A DNA stretch of 64,000 bases from a virus. Made by a program: the position numbers and the translations under genes. Numbering within the stretch: the stretch's first letter is position 1; the number at the start of each line of letters is the position of its first letter. Shown here one piece after another: positions 18,020 through 27,109 of the stretch. The notes beneath the pieces are model-generated. The model did not search any database and was not told the origin of the DNA. It was given only the letters and a program-made list of their open reading frames with translations. Location: the IMG/VR virus record IMGVR_UViG_3300043446_002337, positions 1-64,000 of that record; one strand, given 5' to 3'.

Positions 18020-19303
18020 ATGGCAGAGTTCGAATTTACGAACAAACTCCTAAAGGAAGCAATCGCAGACGCAGAAGCAGTTCGTCAAACTGCAATTGAA
18101 AACGCAAAGCTTTCATTAGAAGAAACGTTCACACCCCAAATCAAGTCAATGTTGTCACGCCGTCTTCGCGCAGAAGCAGAAGGTATGGAACATGACGGAG
18201 AAGAAAAGGAAGTAGAAAAGGTAGAAGCACCAGAAGCAGAAAAGGAAGCTCCAAAAGCTCCAAAGGCTCCAGAAGCACCAAAGATGGAAGCAGCAAAGGA
18301 ACTTGACCCACACACAGCAGAACCAGAAGGTGGTCATTTAGCAGCTTCATCAGACATCGGTGCAAGTGATAATAAGGAACCATCACCAGAAGCATTCGAT
18401 TCAGCAGATGATGATGAAAGTGGTGAAGATGCAGGTGAAAGTGAAACTGATTGGTACGAAGATTGGTCAGAAGCAGACTTTGACCTTGATGAAGTAATCA
18501 AGGAATTAGAAGCAGACCTCCAAGAAGTAACTCACGAAGAAGAAAAGGAAGAAGAAAAGGAAGAAGAAAAGGAAGAAATGAAGGAAGGTTGGTCAGAAGG
18601 TATGGAAGGTGAAGAAGAAAAGGAAGACGAAAAGGAAGAAGAAACAGCAGATGAAGCATACCCAGCAGAAGATCCAGAAGCTGGTGTTGCAAAGCCAGAA
18701 ATTCCAGCTAAGTCTTCAGATATTGGAAACGAAGGCGCAGATATGGCAGCCAATGTAAATACTTTCGTCACTGAACCATCAGACGTAAATAAGATGGAAG
18801 GTGAAGAAATGAAGGGTCACGAAGAAGGTGAAGAAGAACTTGATTTAGAAGCAATTCTCAGAGAATTGGAAGCCGAAGATGAAAAGCATAAGGCATCATC
18901 CGAAAAAATGGCATCCCTTGAGAAAGAACTTGCAGAATATCGTCAGGCTGTTAAGCTCCTACGAGGCAAGCTACACGAAGTCAATCTTCTCAACGCAAAA
19001 CTTCTTTATACCAACAAGATCTTCCGTAAGGAAGGTTTGACCAATGAACAAAAGGTAATGGTCGTAGAAAACTTCGATCGTGCAACCACTGTTCGTGAAA
19101 TCAAGATGGTATACACAGTTTTGGTCGAAACATTAACTTCAGCAGCAAAGGTAGTAAAGGCAACAAAGGCACCAAGTAAGGTGGTAACCGAAGGGTTCGC
19201 AAGTAAGGCAACCCCAAGTACCGCTCCAAAGGTTGACGCACCAGAAGTTATCGCAGAAAACTCTGTTGCAAAGCGTCTACAACAACTCGCAGGAATTATC
19301 TAA
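18020..19303 (+). CDS. Prohead scaffolding/core protein (gp22-like role)
   Basis: Very acidic low-complexity centre with coiled-coil ends and many LxE sites; immediately upstream of the major capsid gene; AGGAG SD. Confidence 0.8.
   Translation: MAEFEFTNKLLKEAIADAEAVRQTAIENAKLSLEETFTPQIKSMLSRRLRAEAEGMEHDGEEKEVEKVEAPEAEKEAPKAPKAPEAPKMEAAKELDPHTAEPEGGHLAASSDIGASDNKEPSPEAFDSADDDESGEDAGESETDWYEDWSEADFDLDEVIKELEADLQEVTHEEEKEEEKEEEKEEMKEGWSEGMEGEEEKEDEKEEETADEAYPAEDPEAGVAKPEIPAKSSDIGNEGADMAANVNTFVTEPSDVNKMEGEEMKGHEEGEEELDLEAILRELEAEDEKHKASSEKMASLEKELAEYRQAVKLLRGKLHEVNLLNAKLLYTNKIFRKEGLTNEQKVMVVENFDRATTVREIKMVYTVLVETLTSAAKVVKATKAPSKVVTEGFASKATPSTAPKVDAPEVIAENSVAKRLQQLAGII
18536..18577 (+). repeat. 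12-nt tandem repeat (gaagaagaaaag) x3.5, encoding EEEK
   Basis: Read directly from the sequence. Confidence 0.85.
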
Positions 19304-19322
19304 CCTCATAGGAGAATAACAA

Positions 19323-20906
19323 ATGTCCGATGTAAATTCACTTATCAACGAAGCCGGTTCAGCACACAAGGTTATCGTTGAACAATCCCGCCAATTAGCT
19401 GGCAAGTGGGAAAAGTCAGGCCTTCTTGAAGGCATGAAGGGAGCAGAAAAGCAAGGTATGGCAGTAATGCTTGAAAACCAAGCTTCACAACTCCTCTCAG
19501 AAAACTCATACACCAACCTCGCAGGAACTGCAGGTGAACAATGGGCAGGCGTAGCACTTCCACTCGTTCGTAAGGTGTTCGGTTCAATCGCATCAAAGAA
19601 CTTCGTATCAGTCCAACCAATGAACCTTCCTTCAGGACTTGTGTTCTATATGGACTTCAAGTACGGCACAACTGTAAACGGTAAGACCCAAGGTCGTTCA
19701 CTCTATGGTAACTCATTAAGTACACCATTCGGTGGTTTTGGTAATGATGACACCGGCGGTTTATACGGTGCAGGTCAATTCGCTTACTCAGTAAACGATG
19801 CAACCTTAACCGGTTTAACCACCGCTCCAGCATCTGCATCATTCGCAGACGTAAACTTCAACGCAGATTACGTAGCAACTGGTAGTCTCTCAAAGTACAC
19901 CGTAGCAACCAGTTCATTCAGTAACTTAGACAAGCTTGCAGTACGTTCATTCATTCCTTCAGGTTCAGGAATTGATTTCGCTGCAACTGTTCTTCCAGAA
20001 TTCACCAAGATTTCTGGTGCAAACGTAGTCTTCATCGTAAGTGCAAACGTAGCAGCAGGAAACACAATCAACTCAGTAGCATACAGTAAGCAACCAACCG
20101 ACAGTACCCGTGGTGACTTCGAAGCAACCAGTGATACCGATATCGGAATCCCACAAATCGACCTTGAACTCCGTTCAGAAACCATCGTTGCTAAGACCCG
20201 TAAGTTGAAGGCAGTATGGTCACCAGAACTTGCTCAAGACTTGAATGCTTATCACAGTGTTGATGCAGAAGCTGAATTAACAGCAATGTTAAGTGATTAC
20301 ATCTCAACCGAAATCGACCTCGAAATCCTTGATATGTTAATCGCAGCTGTACCATCACAAACCACTGAATACTGGTCAGCACAAATTGGTACCGTATACA
20401 ACCCAACTTCTGGTGCATTCGCAGCTTCCTCATTCACTGGAACTGCATGGACCAACATGACCTGGTTCCAAACACTCGGTCAAAAGATGCAAAAGGTATC
20501 AAACAAGATTCACCAATTAACCATGCGCGGTGGTGCAAACTTCGCAGTATGTTCACCAACCGTAGCAACCATCCTCGAAACCATCCCAGGCTTCATGGCT
20601 AACACCGATGGTGACAAGATGGAATTCGCAGGTGGCGTAACCAAGGTTGGTTCATTCCAAAACCGTTACACCATCTACAAGAACCCATACATGAAGGAAA
20701 ATGTATTGTTAATGGGCTTCCGTGGAAGTAACTTCCTCGAAACTGGTGCAGTATATGCTCCATACATCCCACTCATCATGACCCCATTGGTCTATGATCC
20801 AAACAACTTCACACCACGCCGTGGTGTAATGACCCGTTACGCAAAGAAGGTAGTACGTCCGGAATTCTTCGGAAAGGTATACATCGACGGATTAAACTTA
20901 ATCTAA
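19323..20906 (+). CDS. gp23: Major capsid protein (T4 gp23-like)
   Basis: VSVQPMNLPSGLVFY, AKTRKLKAVWSPELAQDLNAYH, EIDLEI, YAPYIPL and PRRGVMTRY. Confidence 0.97.
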   Translation: MSDVNSLINEAGSAHKVIVEQSRQLAGKWEKSGLLEGMKGAEKQGMAVMLENQASQLLSENSYTNLAGTAGEQWAGVALPLVRKVFGSIASKNFVSVQPMNLPSGLVFYMDFKYGTTVNGKTQGRSLYGNSLSTPFGGFGNDDTGGLYGAGQFAYSVNDATLTGLTTAPASASFADVNFNADYVATGSLSKYTVATSSFSNLDKLAVRSFIPSGSGIDFAATVLPEFTKISGANVVFIVSANVAAGNTINSVAYSKQPTDSTRGDFEATSDTDIGIPQIDLELRSETIVAKTRKLKAVWSPELAQDLNAYHSVDAEAELTAMLSDYISTEIDLEILDMLIAAVPSQTTEYWSAQIGTVYNPTSGAFAASSFTGTAWTNMTWFQTLGQKMQKVSNKIHQLTMRGGANFAVCSPTVATILETIPGFMANTDGDKMEFAGGVTKVGSFQNRYTIYKNPYMKENVLLMGFRGSNFLETGAVYAPYIPLIMTPLVYDPNNFTPRRGVMTRYAKKVVRPEFFGKVYIDGLNLI

Positions 20907-20933
20907 TCCTCGTCGTAACGGTGGGAATAAATT

Positions 20934-20958
20934 GGGTGGCCGAAAGGTCACCCTTTTT
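20934..20958 (+). terminator. Rho-independent terminator after the major capsid gene
   Basis: gggtggcc-gaaa-ggtcaccc stem with a GNRA loop, followed by TTTTT. Confidence 0.9.
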
Positions 20959-20997
20959 ATTTCTATTTAAAAATACCACTTAATCATTTAATAAAAC

Positions 20998-21005
20998 TAT
21001 TTATT
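20998..21005 (+). promoter_or_regulatory. Putative late promoter motif TATTTATT
   Basis: Lies after a terminator and about 25 nt before the ATG at 21030, where a new promoter is required. Confidence 0.6.
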
Positions 21006-21029
21006 CTAAGTCCCTAATTAGAGAGAATT

Positions 21030-22184
21030 ATGGAAACACAAGAACCAATTTTTTACGATGGTTTTCCTAAAAATCCGTTTGGTGTAACTCCGTTTGGATT
21101 TTTTGATAATGATGAAGATTTCCAATTAGACGCTCCAAGAGCAGCAGAATTCGTTGCAAGAAAACTTGGGTGGCCTGTTGTAGAAGTCGAATTGATTGAT
21201 AAACAAATCTATGCATGCTTTGAAGAGGCAATTACCACATATGGTAATCAAGTCAATCAATTCAATGCGCGTGAACATATGATGACCTTACAGGGGTTAC
21301 CAACTGCTACGTCCGCAACACAACGTAATATTGTTGGTTCTGCAATTCCACAAGTCGTAAAACTTGCAACAGATTACGGTGTAGAAGCACAATCTGGTGG
21401 TGATGTAGAAGTTAAACGGGGTTATATCTCCGCGTCAGCTTTTACTCAATCATATGATATTAAGTCACTATGGGCAGACGTAAGTGAAAGTGGGAAGAAA
21501 ATAGAAATTCGTCGTATTTATCACTTTATGCCACCAGCAGTTGCACGTTACTATGACCCATTCGCAACCACGGGTCTTGGGTTAACTAACTTGATGGCAG
21601 AATTCGGGTTTGATGGATATTCACCACCAGTCACCTTCGTGATGATGCCCGCATACGAAGATTTACTCCGTATTCAAGCAATTGAAATCAATGATATGAT
21701 TCGTAAGAGTCAATACGGATTTGAAGTATCTAATAACATCATTAGATTCTCTCCTGTATTTAAAGAATCAAAAATGATTTATTTTGATTATATGGTGGTA
21801 GACGATAAACAACTTAATACATTTCAATCTGGTTCTGATGTAGGAAGTGATTTATCTAATGTACCATACACCCACATATCATATACTAAAACAAATGATA
21901 TGTCACGTACCTGGATATTCAGATACACCCTTGCCTTAGCAAAAGAATTATTGGGTATCATTCGTTCAAAGTTTGAAAACATTCCATATCCAGACGGACA
22001 AATTCGTTTAGACGGTGAAATTCTTCGTCGAGAAGCCGTAGCTGAAAAGGAAGGATTAATTAAAGAACTTCGTGAAACATTAGAAGAAACTGGAATGCAA
22101 GCACAAATGAAAAAACAAATGGAAAACTCTAAAAATATGCAAGAGATGTTCCGTAATATTCCTACTCTCATCTATATAGGTTAA
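21030..22184 (+). CDS. Neck/head-completion protein (T4 gp13-like)
   Basis: RKLGWPVVEVEL-DKQI...WIFRYTLALAKELLG-IRSKF...LDGE pattern; position after the capsid gene. Confidence 0.8.
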   Translation: METQEPIFYDGFPKNPFGVTPFGFFDNDEDFQLDAPRAAEFVARKLGWPVVEVELIDKQIYACFEEAITTYGNQVNQFNAREHMMTLQGLPTATSATQRNIVGSAIPQVVKLATDYGVEAQSGGDVEVKRGYISASAFTQSYDIKSLWADVSESGKKIEIRRIYHFMPPAVARYYDPFATTGLGLTNLMAEFGFDGYSPPVTFVMMPAYEDLLRIQAIEINDMIRKSQYGFEVSNNIIRFSPVFKESKMIYFDYMVVDDKQLNTFQSGSDVGSDLSNVPYTHISYTKTNDMSRTWIFRYTLALAKELLGIIRSKFENIPYPDGQIRLDGEILRREAVAEKEGLIKELRETLEETGMQAQMKKQMENSKNMQEMFRNIPTLIYIG

Positions 22185-22187
22185 TAC

Positions 22188-22646
22188 ATGGCACGCTTTG
22201 TTACACAACGTGATTTTGAATTCATCCAACACATCACTCGGGAATTGATTGATGAGACGATGGATGTCACCGTTATTCTTTATAAGATTATAGTAGAATC
22301 CGCTAAAGTAAACATTTATGGGGAAAGTGTAACTAAACCACGATATACCCCTGTAAAAGTAAATGCGATTATTAAATACGATAAAAATACTTCAGTACGA
22401 GAAGATGGATTTGGTGTAAATCAGGACCAACAAACAGAATTCAGATTTGCGCGTCGCATGCTACAAGACGTAAATACGTACCCAGAAATCGGTGATGTGA
22501 TTGGGTATAACAATCATTTTTACGAAATTCATAATATTACAGAAACACAACTCATCGCAGGTAAGCCAGGGTTTAATACCGCAATCATTTGTATGGCACA
22601 CTTAACTCGTCGTACAAGTATTGATATTGAAGAGGTACAAGTATGA
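22188..22646 (+). CDS. Head closure/neck protein (gp14-like)
   Basis: NIYGES...PEIGDVI...FYEI pattern; synteny between gp13-like and gp15-like genes. Confidence 0.65.
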   Translation: MARFVTQRDFEFIQHITRELIDETMDVTVILYKIIVESAKVNIYGESVTKPRYTPVKVNAIIKYDKNTSVREDGFGVNQDQQTEFRFARRMLQDVNTYPEIGDVIGYNNHFYEIHNITETQLIAGKPGFNTAIICMAHLTRRTSIDIEEVQV

Positions 22647-23425
22647 CCCACGAACCAGTATTAAAACGGGTAGATTTACAACAAGAAAAGCAGGTTCAAG
22701 ACCGTTCCAGTGATATCCCAACCAATGGTACACCTCCTATTGCGGTAACATTATTTACAATTGATAATGCAATTCTTAAACATATGAATGAACGTATCAA
22801 ACCGCTTGTAACACAAAATAATGTAGCGGTTAAAGTACCTGTCATTTACGGTAGTCCTGAACGCTGGAAGTCTGCACAACGTGATGGTGTCATGCGTGAT
22901 TCTATTGGTAAGATTCAATTACCGATGATTATGATTCGTCGAACTGGAATGAAGAAGTCCATTATCAATTCTCCCGTTAACAAGTATTTAGAACGAACCT
23001 TTGAAACGGGGTGGAATAGACGGACTCCATATGACCAATTTGCGGTAAAAAACAACATCACACCAAGTCGTGAATATTTAGTTACCACACTTCCTGACTA
23101 TTACGAAATAACCTATCGTTGTATGATTTGGACCGAATATATGGAACAAATGAATAATGTGGTAGAAAACGTTTCCTTCGAAACTGACCAATATTGGGGT
23201 GACCAAAACAACTATAAATTCCGTACTTCTGTGAAGTCATTTGAACCTATGACAGAGTTACCAATTACAGAGGATCGCGTGGTACGCACACAATTTGATA
23301 TGACCGTATATGCATATCTCTTACCAGAAACTGCTCTAGATAAAAACAATAACAGAAGTCTTACTTCCAATAAGAGATATTCCATCAAAAAAACGGTTGT
23401 TTTTACTGAAATAGAAAGTGAATAA
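22643..23425 (+). CDS. Tail terminator/sheath stabiliser (gp15-like)
   Basis: KVPVIYGSPERW...LPMIMIRRT...P-YYEITY-C-IWT...QMNNVVE pattern. Confidence 0.7.
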   Translation: MTHEPVLKRVDLQQEKQVQDRSSDIPTNGTPPIAVTLFTIDNAILKHMNERIKPLVTQNNVAVKVPVIYGSPERWKSAQRDGVMRDSIGKIQLPMIMIRRTGMKKSIINSPVNKYLERTFETGWNRRTPYDQFAVKNNITPSREYLVTTLPDYYEITYRCMIWTEYMEQMNNVVENVSFETDQYWGDQNNYKFRTSVKSFEPMTELPITEDRVVRTQFDMTVYAYLLPETALDKNNNRSLTSNKRYSIKKTVVFTEIESE

Positions 23426-23449
23426 TTGATGTTTAGGTAAAAAAACAGA

Positions 23450-23457
23450 TATTTATT
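23450..23457 (+). promoter_or_regulatory. Putative late promoter motif TATTTATT
   Basis: Recurring motif upstream of the 23491/sheath unit. Confidence 0.5.
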
Positions 23458-23490
23458 ATACGAGTTGTATTGTATTCAAAAGAGGTTATT

Positions 23491-23757
23491 ATGGTAGAAA
23501 TTACTAAGGAAGAATTAGAAGAAATTAGTATTTTAAGAAATAAATTAGCAACGGTAGTCTCTGACTCTGGACAAGTAACGTTACAAATCCAATTACTCCA
23601 GGCAGATATCGTAGAACTAAATGAAAAACTTAGTGAACAAACTAAGTTATTCAAGGGGTTACTAGAAGAAGAACAAGTATTACTTAAACGGTTATCTGAG
23701 AAGTATGGCGCTGGACAAATTAACTTTGAAACCGGCGAATTCACACCAGAGAAATAA
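23491..23757 (+). CDS. Small coiled-coil hypothetical protein
   Basis: AGAGG SD before the ATG at 23491; heptad pattern; C-terminal KYGAGQINFETGEF. Confidence 0.65.
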   Translation: MVEITKEELEEISILRNKLATVVSDSGQVTLQIQLLQADIVELNEKLSEQTKLFKGLLEEEQVLLKRLSEKYGAGQINFETGEFTPEK

Positions 23758-23782
23758 CAAAATTTAGTTTGGAGAATACCGT

Positions 23783-26119
23783 ATGGCAGAAAGAATCGTG
23801 TCGCCTGGTGTCTTTACACAAGAACGCGACCAAACATTCCTCGCACAAGGCGTTGCAGAAATAGGTGCGGCGTTTGTTGGTCCAACTACCAAAGGACCAG
23901 CATTCATAGCTACCCAAGTTCAAGGATTAGATGGATTCGTAACAACCTTCGGTGAACCCGATGGTACCTCGTACATGGGATATACTGTTAAGAACTACCT
24001 TCAAGAAGCAGGTAGTGCAACAGTAGTTCGTGTTCTTGGATTAGCAGGATACACAACTAAAGTAGCGACCGTGTTTGCATCTGGTTCTACTGGAAACAAG
24101 GTATTCGCAATTCTTCATCCAACTGTATCTGGAAGTTCAATTACTAACGTAGCAGTAGGTGGTACTACATCAAGCTTCAGTTTAGTGGTCAGTAGTTCTG
24201 CTAACATCCACTATTCGGCAAGTGCTATTAGTCCAAATGAAACCAACGCTTCATTCATCACTCAAGTATTTGGAACTGATGCACAAGGTAAGAGTTCAAC
24301 AATTCCAGCATATGTGTATGCAGTATTCCCAGATGCAATTAACCAAGTTGGTTCATACGCCGGTGAAGCAATTCACTTTAGTGTAGTTACAAGTAGTCTC
24401 AATCTTGCAACACAATATGATAACGCAACCACACCATGGGTTCGTTCACAAACTATTAGTTCTGCTAAATACAATTTGTTCAAGGTACACACATTAAGTG
24501 ATGGTACTAGTGCAAACAAGGAAATCAAGATTTCTATCACAGGTATCTCACCAAGTACCAACCCAGATAGTGATTATGGTACATTCTCACTTTTAGTTCG
24601 TGACTTCAATGATACTGATAGTTCACCAAACGTACTTGAAAGTTTCAACAACTTAAACTTAGACCCAAGTAGTCAAAACTATATTGCACGTGTAATTGGA
24701 AATGCAGTACCAACATATAATGCATCTACTGGATTAACCAACTACGAAGGTGATTATCCAAACCTTTCAAAGTATATCCGCGTAGAAATGAGTCAAGATG
24801 TAATTCCAGACACAGCAGTACCATACGGATTCGCAGCATTAAATTCAACTGTATCATCAAGTGCAGGTGAAGTACCACTTACCGCATATGTAAACAGTCG
24901 TTGGGTAAGCGCTAGTGTTCCAGGATATAATGCAGATGCAACTGGTCCAAGTACTAGCTACTATGGATTTAATTTTGACGGAGTATATTCTTCTGGTAGT
25001 TACCTTACCGCAGAATCATACCTTGGACCAATTGTTGGTTCAAATACCGTTGGTGGAGAATTCAATATTGAAAACCTTCCAGCAACAGAAGTAAACGGAA
25101 GTGCAATTTCTCTTACTAATCGCGACCACACAACGTATCGTCGCTTCTCTGTTCCATTCCAAGGTGGATTTGATGGATTTAAACCAAATCGTCAAATTGC
25201 ATTAGGTGGAGACATCACAGGAGCAAATACTCAAGGATTCAACCTCAGTGGAGCATCATCGTCTGGTTCAGTTGAATATAAGAGAGCATTAAATCAACTC
25301 AGTAATGCAGACAGTGTAGATTTTAACCTCTTAGTTGTACCTGGTGTCATCTACTCACAACACAGTTATATTGCACAAACTGCAATCGATATCTGTGAAC
25401 AACGTGGTGATTGCTTCTACATCGCTGACCTTGATACACTTGACGCAACTATCAGTTCAGTAACTTCATATGCACAACTTCTTGATACTAACTACGCAGC
25501 TGGTTACTATCCTTGGGTTCGTGTTCTTGACGATATCACTGGTAAGTTCCTCTGGGCACCACCATCAGTAGTACTTCCAGAAGTCTACGCATATAGTGAT
25601 AGTGTTGGAGCAGAATGGTTCGCACCAGCAGGGTTGAACCGTGGTGGAATCCCAGGCGCAGTAGGTGTTAAGACCAGACTCACCCAAGCACAACGTGACG
25701 AATTATACGAATCAAAGGTCAATCCAATCGCACAATTCCCAGGTCAAGGTATCTGCGTCTGGGGACAAAAGACACTTCAACGTCGCGCATCGGCTCTTGA
25801 CCGTGTAAACGTTCGTCGTCTCCTTATCACTGTAAAGAAGTATATCGCAAGTTCAGCACGTTATCTTGTATTCGAACAAAATACAGAAGCAACACGTACT
25901 CGCTTCTTGAACATTGTCAATCCATACCTCGCAGGTATCCAACAACGTTCTGGTTTGAGTGCATTCCGTGTGGTAATGGACGAAACCAATAACACACCAG
26001 ATGTCATTGACCGTAACATCTTGGTTGGTGCAATCTATCTCCAACCAACCCGTACCGCAGAATTCATCAAGTTGGATTTCAATATTCTCCCAACTGGTGC
26101 AACCTTCGATACTATCTAA
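23783..26119 (+). CDS. gp18: Contractile tail sheath protein (gp18-like)
   Basis: SPGVFTQERD, YYPWV, WFAPAGLNRG, VWGQKTLQ, DRVNVRRL and QPTRTAEFI. Confidence 0.96.
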   Translation: MAERIVSPGVFTQERDQTFLAQGVAEIGAAFVGPTTKGPAFIATQVQGLDGFVTTFGEPDGTSYMGYTVKNYLQEAGSATVVRVLGLAGYTTKVATVFASGSTGNKVFAILHPTVSGSSITNVAVGGTTSSFSLVVSSSANIHYSASAISPNETNASFITQVFGTDAQGKSSTIPAYVYAVFPDAINQVGSYAGEAIHFSVVTSSLNLATQYDNATTPWVRSQTISSAKYNLFKVHTLSDGTSANKEIKISITGISPSTNPDSDYGTFSLLVRDFNDTDSSPNVLESFNNLNLDPSSQNYIARVIGNAVPTYNASTGLTNYEGDYPNLSKYIRVEMSQDVIPDTAVPYGFAALNSTVSSSAGEVPLTAYVNSRWVSASVPGYNADATGPSTSYYGFNFDGVYSSGSYLTAESYLGPIVGSNTVGGEFNIENLPATEVNGSAISLTNRDHTTYRRFSVPFQGGFDGFKPNRQIALGGDITGANTQGFNLSGASSSGSVEYKRALNQLSNADSVDFNLLVVPGVIYSQHSYIAQTAIDICEQRGDCFYIADLDTLDATISSVTSYAQLLDTNYAAGYYPWVRVLDDITGKFLWAPPSVVLPEVYAYSDSVGAEWFAPAGLNRGGIPGAVGVKTRLTQAQRDELYESKVNPIAQFPGQGICVWGQKTLQRRASALDRVNVRRLLITVKKYIASSARYLVFEQNTEATRTRFLNIVNPYLAGIQQRSGLSAFRVVMDETNNTPDVIDRNILVGAIYLQPTRTAEFIKLDFNILPTGATFDTI

Positions 26120-26139
26120 TCAGTTTTTTCAATAACAAC

Positions 26140-26147
26140 TATTTATT
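26140..26147 (+). promoter_or_regulatory. Putative late promoter motif TATTTATT
   Basis: In the sheath-tube spacer, about 30 nt before the ATG. Confidence 0.55.
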
Positions 26148-26176
26148 AAAGTACCAATCTATATCTGGAGAGCCAT

Positions 26177-26665
26177 ATGGCAAATTTGGTCAATGAACAA
26201 GAACTCTTTTTCACCGCATTCGAACCAAAGACTGCGAATCGATATATTATGTCTATCGACGGAATTCCTTCATATCTTATCAAGAAGGCAGACCGTCCAA
26301 AGTTAACCCAAGAAAAGAAGAAGCTTGACCACATCAATCTTCAACGCTATATTAAGGGTAAGACTGTATGGGACGAAATGACCCTTGACTTGTATGACCC
26401 AATTGTTCCTTCTGGTGCACAAGCAGTAATGGAATGGGTTCGTCTTCACCACGAATCAGTCACAGGTCGTGATGGATACGCAGAATTCTACAAGAAGGAC
26501 ATTATTATCAATGTTCTTGGTCCAGTAGGTGATAAGGTTGAAGAATGGATTTTGAAGGGATGTCAAATCACCAAAGTTGAATTCGGTGAAATGAGTTGGG
26601 AAAAGGATGACCCAATGTCAATCTCACTTACTATCCAACCTGACTACTGTATCCTCAACTACTAA
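26177..26665 (+). CDS. gp19: Tail tube protein (gp19-like)
   Basis: FEPKTANRY, W-EMTLDLYDPI, GYAEFYKKD and EEWILKG; directly follows the sheath gene. Confidence 0.9.
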   Translation: MANLVNEQELFFTAFEPKTANRYIMSIDGIPSYLIKKADRPKLTQEKKKLDHINLQRYIKGKTVWDEMTLDLYDPIVPSGAQAVMEWVRLHHESVTGRDGYAEFYKKDIIINVLGPVGDKVEEWILKGCQITKVEFGEMSWEKDDPMSISLTIQPDYCILNY

Positions 26666-26680
26666 TAACTTAGTAAGTAT

Positions 26681-26710
26681 AAAAACCCCACTCAAAAAGT
26701 GGGGTTTTTT
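26681..26710 (+). terminator. Rho-independent (potentially bidirectional) terminator after the tube gene
   Basis: aaaaaccccact-caaaa-agtggggtttttt, a perfect inverted repeat with A/T tails. Confidence 0.92.
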
Positions 26711-26732
26711 GTTATATACCAATACTTTGTGA

Positions 26733-26740
26733 TACTTATA
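26733..26740 (+). promoter_or_regulatory. Putative late promoter motif TACTTATA
   Basis: Lies between a terminator and the ATG at 26768. Confidence 0.55.
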
Positions 26741-26767
26741 TAAAGGTGTATTTTTTCGAGGAAAATT

Positions 26768-27106
26768 ATGGCAGAAATTACTGAATTTAATATTGGTCAA
26801 GGAGAAACCTTCAAAATATTGATGACTGTTATTAATGATGAAACTGGTGTGCCGCTAGATATTACCAGTCAATCATTCTCTGGACAAATTCGAGAAAACT
26901 ATAGTACTGAAACTTTAGCAGGAACATTTAATTTTCAAAAAGTAGAACCGTACGCTTCTGGCAGTATTTTCGTATCATTAACCCCCACACAAACGGAAGA
27001 ACTTAGTCAAAGAAAATATGTCTATGATATTCTTATGACCAGTGGTTCGGTTACAAGAAGAATACTAGAAGGATATATGGTAATCAGACCTGCTGCTACG
27101 AGATAA
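26768..27106 (+). CDS. Small Ig-like virion adaptor protein (BppU N-terminal-like)
   Basis: IGQGETF...LDIT...GQIR...SLTPTQT...YVYDI...RILEG pattern, typical of small fibre-associated phage proteins. Confidence 0.6.
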   Translation: MAEITEFNIGQGETFKILMTVINDETGVPLDITSQSFSGQIRENYSTETLAGTFNFQKVEPYASGSIFVSLTPTQTEELSQRKYVYDILMTSGSVTRRILEGYMVIRPAATR

Positions 27107-27109
27107 TTA

